From an uncultured Paraglaciecola sp. (GTDB lineage Bacteria; Pseudomonadota; Gammaproteobacteria; Enterobacterales; Alteromonadaceae), in contig NZ_CALSOK010000012.1 in assembly GCF_943787955.1 (NCBI RefSeq), forward strand, positions 2,619 to 66,618: a stretch of 64,000 bases of DNA, read 5' to 3'. The position numbers and the translations under genes are program-made. The notes beneath the pieces are model-generated. The model was not told the origin of the DNA, did no database searches, and saw nothing but the letters and a program-made list of their open reading frames with translations. This document shows, in pieces, positions 20,108-30,064 of this stretch; within the stretch, counting starts at the first letter, position 1; each line of letters starts with the position of its first letter.

Positions 20108-21052
20108 CTACTTTATCTCTGTGCTATTCGTGTCCTCGCCATTTGTAACTGTCATCGTTTTTGTGTCCCTGACATAGACCGTTTCGCGCAGCAATGCTGT
20201 GCGACCGATACAAGTCCCATGGCCGGGTGCAACGGGATTGTCCTGCATATATTTGATGAATACTTTGTCTGCGTGGCGACTTGCAACGACGTGATACTTG
20301 CCGTCTGACGTATCCAACAACGCCATAAAAGCATATTGCGGTTTGCAAATACGCGCAGCGACATTCAGGACTTCGTCCAGAACCGGGTTGAGTTCATGCG
20401 GGGATCGCGAAATAACGGCAAGGACATCAGATGTAGCAGTCTGATATGCTAGTGCTTCTTGTGTTTCGTGCAAAAACCGTGAATTTGCGATGGCAATGCT
20501 GGCTTGCTCGGCAAAAGTCTGGATCAACGCGATATGAGAGTGCAGCGGAGTATCAGCTTCCGGCCAGGCCCTAATGATCGAACCCCAGACTTTGCCATCG
20601 CTAAGTATCGGAACACCTACCATTTGGCTAAATCCAAATCTCCGAGCCGTCGCGTGATCAAGGTAAACTTCGGATTGTGCATCCAGAACACGAACCACTT
20701 TGCCAGTTTTGATCAGAACGGCCGAAATCGACTTTTCCAGTGTCGGCTGAGCCGGTCGCGACGTATGAAATTGATTGTATTCTTCGGTGAACCCGTAGCT
20801 GGAACAATAGTGATCCAAATCACTTTCATAGCGCCAGACCACACTAAATTGCTAACTACAAAGCTCAGTTGCGCTTTTTGCAATTGTGTCAAACACCTGC
20901 TGGATGTCGTTGGTTGACCTTTCGATGACGTGCAAAATTTCGACCATAGCCGCGGCTTGCGCGCGTTGGCTTGGCAGCTCAAGTTTCAGGTTTTTCACTT
21001 CCTGAATGAGTTTGATGATTGCCTTAGACTGTTTAATGGGGTCTGATTGCAT
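20108..21052 (-). pseudogene. Truncated multi-GAF-domain sensor protein
   Basis: Repeated GAF blocks (IQQVFDTIAKSATELC, QTFAEQASIAIANSRFLHETQEALAYQTATSDVLAVISRSP). There is an in-frame TAG at 20852-20854, a frameshift near 20160, and no output domain. Confidence 0.75.
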
Positions 21053-21283
21053 CGCCTAAAATCATTCAAAAAATGAACCAGCGCGCGCCAAAACTGCTCC
21101 GTTTTACATTCATGAGAACTGTAGCGATGAAACCTGTTATAGCAATCAGTTTTTCCTGAGGCTTCCATAATGAAAGCACTGGAACTCTTGTTTCCAAGTG
21201 CTGACTGATCATTTTTGTGCGATAGAGAAATCCACTGGTTTACTGCCATTTCCTACGGAAGGTAACGTAGACCATCATGTGGG

Positions 21284-22066
21284 TCAGAACGATTTTTGGG
21301 CGCGGATGTGATGCGGGCAATGTTCACCGGTCTCCAAAGGCAGGATCATGGCGGCCCAAAGCTCTTCCATTTCTTGCATGTAACTGGCCCCATGGGCACG
21401 ATCAAATGCGTCCCGTTCTTTTCCCGTCATCAACAGAAATTCGTTCTTGGCCACCTCAAAATACCACGGATTGCGATTGCGCAGACCAAATTGGGTAAAG
21501 CCTGCGTACGAAAATGCACTTTCATAGCGAGTCGGGGAAGCCATCGCAAAGTCCAAATCTTCAAGTTTGATGTAAGCCTGCATTTCGGGAGACGGGGTGT
21601 TGTCATGCGAAATCAGCCAATCAGATGCCACAAACCAACCCCCCGGCACCAAAACACGAAAAACTTCCACGGCCAGAAATTCCTTGTCCGGAATGTGAAT
21701 GATTGCGTCCTTTGAAAACACGATATCAAAGGTAGCGTCAGTGAAATCAAGCGGTCCGGGTTCAACCTGCCGGATGGTGATGTTCTTGCCAAAACCGGAT
21801 TGATCGGCACGGGCACGCGCTGCGGTACAGACGGGTTCTTCGACATCAATGCCTGTTACATGCGCCGCACTATGGTCGCGCAAAAGGGTGACAGCTATTG
21901 CCCCTGTGCCGCAGCCAATGTCCAGAACCCGTTTGCCTTTCAGATCCAAACCTTCAACAACGCGCGCAACTTTTTCAGGGCCGCCGGGCGACAAATAACC
22001 TTCGCCCCAGATCGCTTCGAGAAAAGAAGTAAGTTCGCTATCATAATGCAATTCGATATCAGCCAT
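21284..22066 (-). CDS. Class I SAM-dependent methyltransferase, phosphoethanolamine N-methyltransferase-like
   Basis: VLDIGCGTG motif [40 protein letters not shown]. Confidence 0.75.
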   Translation of the reverse strand: MADIELHYDSELTSFLEAIWGEGYLSPGGPEKVARVVEGLDLKGKRVLDIGCGTGAIAVTLLRDHSAAHVTGIDVEEPVCTAARARADQSGFGKNITIRQVEPGPLDFTDATFDIVFSKDAIIHIPDKEFLAVEVFRVLVPGGWFVASDWLISHDNTPSPEMQAYIKLEDLDFAMASPTRYESAFSYAGFTQFGLRNRNPWYFEVAKNEFLLMTGKERDAFDRAHGASYMQEMEELWAAMILPLETGEHCPHHIRAQKSF

Positions 22067-22146
22067 TTCAGATGTCCTCTATTTGTAGGGAATTGATATA
22101 GGCTTCGACAAAACGTTGCGCATAAACTTCCATCGACACAAAGGAA

Positions 22147-23215
22147 TATAGGTAAAATAAAACGTCATTTTTCCTAAAATTAAATTACATGATGCCTTAT
22201 ATTTTCCATATTGACATCTATTTCATATTCTTAAGGGAGTGAAATTCGGCTATTTTTCGTTTATTAATCAACTGTTTCTACGTAATTCAGAATTCAAGAC
22301 AAGCGCTTCCCGCTGTTGTGCAAACCAGCTCTGAATACTGCTTATGATGATGAACGGCTTTTATTCAAACAGACTTATCTGAGGCGGTGCTCGACTTTGT
22401 GGGGGCAATAATTCAACGACTTCGTCATTTTTTGTATTCAGGTGACTGAGTATCTTTTGGATCACCAATGGATGTGCAAATCGGCTTTACTGCCGATTTG
22501 TCAATGCTCGCTATAACCTTAACTGCACCAGCGCGATGCTCACAGGTTTCAATGTCGATGTTAAAAACCCGTTTAAGTCTTTGCGCCTAGGTCATCGATT
22601 AGTGTTTTGTGCCCGTGTTTTTTCCTGCCCTGTCGGCAAGGCTTGTTTAGTCTTATTTCGTAAAGACGGCGTTATTGTCACGCGGTGCCGACTGTTTGGT
22701 GGAGGGCCACCCCGTGGAGGGCCACCCCGTGGAGGGCCACCCCGCACAAATACGCCATGTACTAATTCATCAGGAATGAATTAAGCCAACCAGAGGTTGC
22801 CCGTAGGGTGAGAAACAGGAACGTTTCACATCTAAGCGCCTCAGATTAACGCGGGGTCTGGGTACCAAGGCCGCTAAACGGGCAATAAATTCCAGCGGCT
22901 CAAAGTGCACATGACTGTGCCGGTCACCGGTGGTGCCGTCACGGTAGGGTGTTTTTAGTTTGGAACGCACCTTAGGGTAAGTCGTTATTGCCAACCTTTT
23001 TTATGATACCCCAGAGCGGGACTCTCTTCACAATAAGCAACGGCACAGCCTTTCGAGTTTACCCCTATCCTGTGAGTTGCTCATGACACCTGCATGGAGA
23101 CTGAAGCCTGCCACATTTGCGGCACAGCCTGACGCAAGCCCCTGCTCTGCCATAGGTGCAATGTTTTTTTCGTCCTTGCTGTTTGCCTGTAGCGATGCGA
23201 TAAGTAATGGATTAC
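22147..23215 (-). mobile_element. Degenerate IS91/ISCR-family (Y2 HUH rolling-circle) transposase 3' half plus oriIS-like end, copy 1
   Basis: Minus-strand fragments in order: SITYRIATGKQQGRK, AGFSLHAGV..KLERLCR, SRSGVS*KRLAIT, LKTPYRDGTT..FEPLEFIARLAALVPRPRVNL, HGVF..PNSRHR, MT*AQRLKRVFNIDIETC. The element ends GACGTTTTATTTTACCTATA. Confidence 0.85.
22699..22743. repeat. 15-bp tandem repeat GTGGAGGGCCACCCC x3
   Basis: Read directly. It is an in-frame insertion within the transposase HGVF-APNS motif. Confidence 0.95.
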
Positions 23216-23217
23216 CG

Positions 23218-24645
23218 CTATAGCGTTTTTTTTATTTTCTTGTCGACAGCAATAAATGAAAAATTTATACACATCTCATCATTACTACCAAAACCTCCGT
23301 AAATTGGGTATTCCCAGGGATTGGTATATTCGCATTCAATGCTGATCTTGTAATCTTTTAAATCTTTTTCAGGTAAGACTTTGGGTTTGTGAAAGGTGAA
23401 ATTCCTTTGCCAGTTTAAATCCCAATTATTGATTGTTAGTAATCTTTCACGGTTACCCAATGGATCATCAAGAAATACTTTTCCGGCCTTTCCGTAGCTG
23501 TGCATATGTATATTTGCAGAGTGTAGTTCCAGGTTTTTTATTTCTTTGGATTTTATTTTAAGTATTGACAGAACCCGCCGTTGAATTTTCCTAAAATTTT
23601 CTGTTATTGAATAACTTGCTTCTTGTTTAGAGGGAATTACCATGGTTTTATTTCCCTTGCTATTTAACCATTTTCTATTTGTAATTGTTACAAAGAACCC
23701 GGGTTTTTTAACCTCTTTCTTCGTTATGAAGTGCATTGCGCTGTTTTTATCTGATTCGCCTGGAGCAAACGCTGAGTAATAATGCATTTGTGCGATGATT
23801 AATGCACCAGGTTCAATTGGAATGCCTGTGTCTTTAGGAAATTGAATGCCATTCATTCCTGGAGCCCAGTGTGAAAGAAAATTGATTCCACTATTTATTT
23901 TTCTGCTTAATCCATCTTCAAGTTTGTCTAATGCTGCACGCACACTGGGGTTGCCTAAGCGATCAGGTGCTCCCCCCCCGAAACATTCATAACCTGATCC
24001 TTCTTCCTCTGATTCCATTTTTCTTAAATGAGGAGCAATCTCGGGGGTAGCAGTAAATAATATTAAGTGGTGTATGACTTTTGCGTTTCCCGGTATGGCT
24101 CTTAACCCCGTAATATAAGTCTTCTCTTTCTCTGGCCATTCCATCAAGAAGCAGTGATAGTCGTCTTTTTTATTCTGATTAGGTAAATAACTGTTGCCAT
24201 TGTTAACAATAACTTCTTTATCTGATTTAAATGTTGAATTCTGGGCGGTATAACTGAGTATATTTTTAACTTTTATTAAAGCATTGTTTCGTGCGTAATT
24301 GTTTTCTCCCCATTGTGTGAAAGTACGTATCTCTTCTTTATTGAGAGAGTAGTCATCCTCATATTGTATATGACTTGGCTCTGCCAGCCAGGGCGGCATT
24401 CGGCGCTCTTCTACAGCCGATACCATGGCCGGTCCAAATTTGTAAGCTGTCTCAGGATTTTCAAATGAAAATGATATGCCTGATTCGGAATGACACAGTA
24501 GACAATGATTTTGAAGTATTGGGGTAATATGTTCTTCAAAGGTAATGTCGGCAGTGGCTTTTAGGCATATCAGCGCCGCTGTTGTAATGACTAAGAGTGA
24601 TTTGGTGATTCTCAACCTATCTGGCTTCCACTTGTTGCATAGCAT
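23218..24645 (-). CDS. Secreted copper type II (PHM/DBH-like) monooxygenase with N-terminal c-type heme domain
   Basis: Signal-like N-terminus, CLLCH heme motif and RMPPW. Copper ligands: IHHLILF, AQMHYY, IHMHSYG and DEMCINF. Confidence 0.8.
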   Translation of the reverse strand: MLCNKWKPDRLRITKSLLVITTAALICLKATADITFEEHITPILQNHCLLCHSESGISFSFENPETAYKFGPAMVSAVEERRMPPWLAEPSHIQYEDDYSLNKEEIRTFTQWGENNYARNNALIKVKNILSYTAQNSTFKSDKEVIVNNGNSYLPNQNKKDDYHCFLMEWPEKEKTYITGLRAIPGNAKVIHHLILFTATPEIAPHLRKMESEEEGSGYECFGGGAPDRLGNPSVRAALDKLEDGLSRKINSGINFLSHWAPGMNGIQFPKDTGIPIEPGALIIAQMHYYSAFAPGESDKNSAMHFITKKEVKKPGFFVTITNRKWLNSKGNKTMVIPSKQEASYSITENFRKIQRRVLSILKIKSKEIKNLELHSANIHMHSYGKAGKVFLDDPLGNRERLLTINNWDLNWQRNFTFHKPKVLPEKDLKDYKISIECEYTNPWEYPIYGGFGSNDEMCINFSFIAVDKKIKKTL

Positions 24646-25234
24646 TTATTAACTGACTTTTTGATTCAGAGTTGAGGTGAGATGCGTAACGAAAAACGAC
24701 TTTACCTTCTTTGTTGACCAATAAAATCAATGGTACAGCAGATACATTTAGTTCTGTTAGCAGGTTAGAGCTTGCTTCTGTATAAAAGGCATGTTGATAT
24801 TTTGAGTAGAGCGTGTGTTTTTGAATATAAGTTCTGGCATTTTCATCATTGTTATCATTGTTATCATTGTTATCATTGTTATCAATGTTAATTGATGCAA
24901 AGTTTATCAGTGGAAATTGATCTAAAATCGGATCTAAATCCCATATGATACCCGCGCAGCTATGGCACCAGGGTGCCCAAAATTGAATTAGTGTAGGGCT
25001 TTGAGGCAATTGACTTTGTTTACCCTCCACGATAGTTTTGAGACTGTGATTTTTGGGTATTCGTTGTTCAGAGATTTGGTTTTTAGAAGAGTGTTCTTGA
25101 TGCAACGGGTTTGATGGTTCTTTGGCCGCAAAGGTATTTTGAATCACAAGGGTGCTGGCAGTAATTGCCATAAACATGACTAAAGTAACTGGTACAGGCT
25201 TAAGTTTTTTCTTGGGAGTTCGTTGAGTTGTCAT
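24617..25234 (-). CDS. TlpA/thioredoxin-like periplasmic redoxin
   Basis: N-terminal TM/signal segment, LIQFWAPWCHSC, VSAVPLILLVNKEGKV. Contains (CATTGTTAT)x4 at 24847-24882, encoding NDN repeats. Confidence 0.85.
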   Translation of the reverse strand: MTTQRTPKKKLKPVPVTLVMFMAITASTLVIQNTFAAKEPSNPLHQEHSSKNQISEQRIPKNHSLKTIVEGKQSQLPQSPTLIQFWAPWCHSCAGIIWDLDPILDQFPLINFASINIDNNDNNDNNDNNDENARTYIQKHTLYSKYQHAFYTEASSNLLTELNVSAVPLILLVNKEGKVVFRYASHLNSESKSQLINAMQQVEAR

Positions 25235-25643
25235 ATCGTGTACGATTTATATGCTTGGGTTGAGTAATTGTTAGGATAATTATTATACAGAAGATGTAGC
25301 ATTAGTCTTTACCTACGTAAATTGTTTGTGGGGTCTATATTCATTATTGTTGAAATAGACTTATTTATAAGACTATCTAATGCTGCTAATCAATGGAAAA
25401 AGTATAGCTTGAAAAGGTGGGAGACGTATCCTTACACTACGGTAGAAGCTACGGTAAAGGGCAGCTATTCCATACTTGCAGATTGTCGTATTAAAGGAAA
25501 TTGGGCTAGCCTAGGTAAAACAAAGGGAAATTAATGGGTCCGTTGTAAGCGCTGGGGAGTTTTATCTTATTATGTAAAATACATTTACCAACTGCTCATA
25601 GCATTTTTTTGCTGAAAAGATTATTGAAAATTAGACTTGAGTC

Positions 25644-28600
25644 TTAGTTCCGGACCACCTTGAAATTTTCTGGACCCACTCTAGTTAGCCTATAAGTCGG
25701 TCCTACAGGAAAATCGCCTTTGATGACTTGAGTTTCACCGGTAGATCATTTCACTTCAATAGTGGATACGTTGCCAAACTCAGCCAGGCCAAAGTGAAGA
25801 GTTGGTGCATCAAATGATAGGTAGCCACCGCTGGTTTTGAGTTCTCGAATTTGCTTAAGTGAATCTTCAGGTCCGTAATGAATAATCACTTTGGTACCAA
25901 TACCAAAGTGATTCCCTATATAGTCTCACAGTTCAATATCAATGCTGTTGCCAGAGTCCATTTGATTGAGATGAAAAATTGGCAAGACGTCAAAGGGGAC
26001 TGTGATAATGTCCTGATCACCATCGCTATCTATATCGAGGAACGAGAATGCTCCTGCGGTTAGATGGCTGGTTAAACCAGCTTTTTCGGTTTGGTCAACA
26101 AAATGTTGGCCCTCTATATTGCGTAAGAATTTATTGGATGCCCATTCTTTTTTAATATTCACGCCATTAACTACATAGACATCCTGGCATTGATCGTTGT
26201 CGAGATCAGCAAAGCGTGAGCTCCAGGACCAACCGGTAACGTCCAAACCCCAATCGACAGAGTTTTCTGTAAAGCGCCCATCGGTTTCACAAGTAAACAG
26301 TAGATTTAGTCTTTTTACTACTTCGACATACGGAGTTTTTGGTTTTTCACTTTCCTTTACACGCTTCTCAAGGGTTGGCAAAGTTGGGCAAGTTCTTCCC
26401 ATCGTGTTGAAAACAACGTGCAATATTTATTTTCCTCAGCCCCTTTCAATTAAGGTCGAGCCTTGAGACGGAATAGATTAGTGGTAATGCAATCTTTTTG
26501 GTCCAGGGGGTTGCAAGGTTCAGGCTGGCAAATGGCGTGGGTGCTTATACAGCTTAATGCAAGTTGGCTCTGAGCTCACAATGTTGTCGCCATTTGTTGC
26601 TGCTAATCTCCTTGCAGGCCTTTTCATTGGGTTTGAGGTTTAAGCGTGCTCGCTGACTGGGTTTGTTGCCTGTGGTCTGGGTGAGGAAAAGCTCCAGAGA
26701 CAAGTCATTATTGATGTCAGCTGAGTCGTAACTCATGCTGGTGGAGCCGGATTTAAGTGATAGATTGTGTTCGCGCATAACCAGATTCAGTTCGCCAGAA
26801 CCGTTACCAAAAAACAGACTATCCGGCACGCCAAAATCATTTGCAAAAATGATGTCCATATCACCATCCATATTCAGATCCGAAAATAATATCAAGAGTT
26901 TTGCTCCAGGCGGATCCGGTAAGAGTTCAGCTTGGTAACCAAGAAAACTTGGACGTAATAGTACGTTTCTGGATCGGTCGGTCGTGCGTCTATGTTCTTG
27001 CGTAACATAATTGCCGAGAGCGATTTCCAGCAGTCCATCCTTGTCGAGATCTCCAAAACCGACAGATAGTGCGAAGTCAGCCTCAACTTTGGGTAAAACG
27101 TGTAACTGGGTTGGTGGGAAATGACCTTGCTGGTTATACAATACAAAATTGCCTTTTTTAAATGCAGAAAAGAACACATCCAGCCATCATTGTTAAGGTC
27201 AACCCGCGCAGTAGTGAATATGGTTGTGTCCTCGAACCCATCAAACCCGAGACTGTGTTCGACGTAGTATTGCACCACATCCATTGCATATAAGCGAAGC
27301 TCGTTGTTGACTTTGATTAATAAATCGGTGCGCCCATCGTTATATACATCTCCGGTGGCGATGCCAGCTATTTATATAAACGGTAACAAACCGTGATGCA
27401 TCGATGGACGCGGTAGGTAACCATCTATCCCCATTTGCACGCTGTCTGTGCGTCCGAAAGTTAATTCGTTGCCGCCCTGGCGATCATTATAGGGGCGGTG
27501 TTGTACCTGCAATTGTGGAGTGCTTAGAGATGGTAAATCTTGAAAGGCTAAGGCTGTAGTCTTTAGATCATTAATTAATTTGTCATCACTTGAGCGGTAG
27601 GGAGTGTTTCGCTCGATCATTGTAATCTCGGTGCCGTTGTCTTCGGAAAAGGCTTCATAAAATAATTTCAGATTACGTGCTTGCACATATTTACCAACAT
27701 AGCTCGCTGTGAATCCATCAGCAGCACCCATACCGACTAACACAACAGCAATCGTGGCAGAAACTCTCCAGGAGATTGCATTGCCAATAATTGAAAACGA
27801 ATACACACTGAAAATTCCCAGGGTAAATAACAGCACCATCACATAGCTGGCAGGTAAGCCCGCAGCATATAAAGCCGCACTTATGGCTACGCCAGAGGCG
27901 ATAGGTACCGGCAAAAATAAACCGAACATGGCCGTCAGCCTAATGAATAGCAATTTCTTCCAACGTTTCACGTATTCGATATTTGCAGTAATGGTTTCCC
28001 AGGGCAACACACTGACCAGCAATGCTCCCAGCAGGCCTGCCAGCATCATCAGGGGAATGATTACTCTTATGATAAACCACAGATTATTGGCATAGGCTTT
28101 TGGATACCACAGTGAAGTATGCAGCCAGCTATCTTCTTGTTCGATGTTGATGCCAGCGGGATTGATATCGATTTCACACTGGTCTTCATGGTTTTCCTGG
28201 GCAATGGGCCAGCGTGAAAACAAATATTGGCTCAACAGTGGGATAAGAAGTAAGATGAAGCCAGTGCAAAAATTAGTTTCTGAACCACAAAGCGCAGTGG
28301 TAATAAAGTGAACATCATGATTAACATAATCACATTTAATGTGGGCGAGCTAATCATTGTCGCCAATGTTGTCTCGATGCGTGTCCCCGCATCATGCATA
28401 CCACGAGCAATAGGCGCAAACACCCAGAGGTGCCCCAATAGCGCCCCAAAAAAAGTTATTGGCAAAATGCCCTTTAAAGTAACGTACGCGAAATAGAGGA
28501 ATTAATGTTAAAAAAGCGGCTCCCAATAACACCCCAAAAATCATTCCTTGCTGATTGGTATGAGCCCAGTTAATGTTGGTGCAGGTTACCTTTTTCCATA

Positions 28601-28790
28601 ACGGGAAGTGCGGCTTAACAGGAAATACAGCTTCGAAGCTCAATGGATCCTCAAAGCGTAGGTCAGCTATCATAGCAGTCTTTTCATTTAAAGCTGGATA
28701 GCGAGAGCCGCTCCAGAATAGGCCCATCAAAATCATGATGACCAGTAATGACAGGGTTAATTGCTTGTTATTGTTTATGACGCTCAACAT
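25644..28790 (-). pseudogene. Decayed fusion gene: permease domain, FG-GAP/CRTAC1-like repeats and ASPIC/UnbV C-terminal domain
   Basis: Fragments in register: YPALNEK..EDPLSFEA; GAPLGVC; MISSPTLNV; LFLPVPIA; FGDLDKDGLLEI; FSDLNMDGDMDIIFANDFG; WSWSSRFADLDNDQCQDVYVVNG; then GNHFGIGTKV..GGYLSFDAPTLHFGLAE, with two TGA stops, ending at 25644. Confidence 0.78.
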
Positions 28791-29058
28791 GCTCTCAGGT
28801 ATCGATTAGTATTATGCAAGGACATGAGTAACGGCTAAATGGTATTTTGTTTATGTGTATCTTATAAAGTAGCTGATTAGGTCCAGCTACTTTCATACCA
28901 AACATACAAAAGCTTAAACTTATATTGAACTATACCAATAACATCATTTGTTAATAATGCCGACATGAATTTAGTAGGAATCCTAGAAAATTCAACAATT
29001 CTGTCCCGTTTGCTATTATTTGCCCTGATTTAGCATTTAATTTATTAGTGAAAGGAAT

Positions 29059-30064
29059 ATGACAGCCAATAACAACAACGGCAGTAATCTTCAGTGGATT
29101 TTACCCTTTGTATTACTTACCGCCTTGTTGCTAGTAGAGTTACTGGTTGTGGGCCTGCGGGTGGATGCGCAAACTCTCGCAAGTAAGGACGGTGTGCTGG
29201 CATTGGTGCTGTCGAATATGGGCCACCTTCACGATTTATACTTGTCTTTGTGGTGGCCTTTCTTAATTTATTGACACCTCGTTTTAAGGTTCACATCCAG
29301 CTATTTTGGCGAGCCAGGGCCAGCGTAAAAAGTGGTATTGGTTGCTGTTGCAATGCATTGCTTTTATTTTCTCACCATTGAAATATTTGCAGGCAGTGCT
29401 GTAACGAGCGATTCGGCTTTGCTGATTGCTCTGGGATGGTTTTCGCGGCTGCTGTTATCGCCGTGTGCTCCCTTTTATATTGGGGCCGCTCAGTTTTTGG
29501 AATATTTTTTTAGCAAAAGAAAAATCAGCTTTGCTTGTAGCGGCCGCTATTGGTGTATTGACTTTTTTTGTCGCCAATTCTAACAGTTTTGGTATCCTTT
29601 GGACAAGATGACCTCCACAGTTTCTCAATGGTTTTTGGAGCTGATGTTTGATCGGGTTCATGTTGATAAAGTTAATTTAGCCCTTAGCGCGGAAGATTTT
29701 ATCGTCATCATTGCGCCAAGTTGTCCCGGGTATGAGGGCATAGGATTAATCTCCATATTTACAGGCCTTTATCCTTGGGTATTTAAGCGGGAATTCCATT
29801 TCCCCCAAGCCTTCTTACTGTTTCCCATTGGCATTATTTCGGTCTGGGTATTAAACGCGCTGAGAATTCATCACTGATTGCGATGGGCGCTACCTTTTCG
29901 CCTAAAATTGCCTTGGAGTGTTTTCATGCACCGGCAGGGTGGATCTTCTTTACTGCGAAGGCTGTTGGCTTATTCTTGCTATCTCAATGTATCAAATATT
30001 TCTCTAATGAACACGTCGTTAAGGACATGCATTCTGATGATGTTGAACTGTCAACGAATTTGAG
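29059..30064 (+). pseudogene. Fragmented exosortase (resembles exosortase E of the VPEID-CTERM type), 3'-truncated
   Basis: Multi-TM fragments with IAPSCPGYEGIGL (catalytic Cys), VLNALRI and FHAPAGW. Several stops and frameshifts, cut at the oriIS-like end. The subfamily call is tentative. Confidence 0.65.

Noticed and set aside
22476-22502. Hairpin CAAATCGGC-TTTACT-GCCGATTTG in both ISCR copies as a terIS or terminator
   Set aside because: It lies within the transposase 3' coding remnant on the oriIS side, so its position does not fit terIS. Function cannot be judged from sequence.
22699-22743. 15-bp tandem repeat as CRISPR, or the + strand 82-aa ORF (22536-22784) as a real RGG-repeat protein
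   Set aside because: There are no spacers. The ORF is antisense to a recognisable IS91-family transposase remnant.
25322-25534. 70-aa + strand ORF between the fusion pseudogene and tlpA
   Set aside because: No recognisable motif or clear RBS, and it runs opposite to the operon. Probably spurious.
25640-25685. IS-end-like sequence (CCGGACCAC...CTGGACCCAC)
   Set aside because: It is explained as the last codons of the ASPIC/UnbV domain on the minus strand. No partner end or transposase is present.
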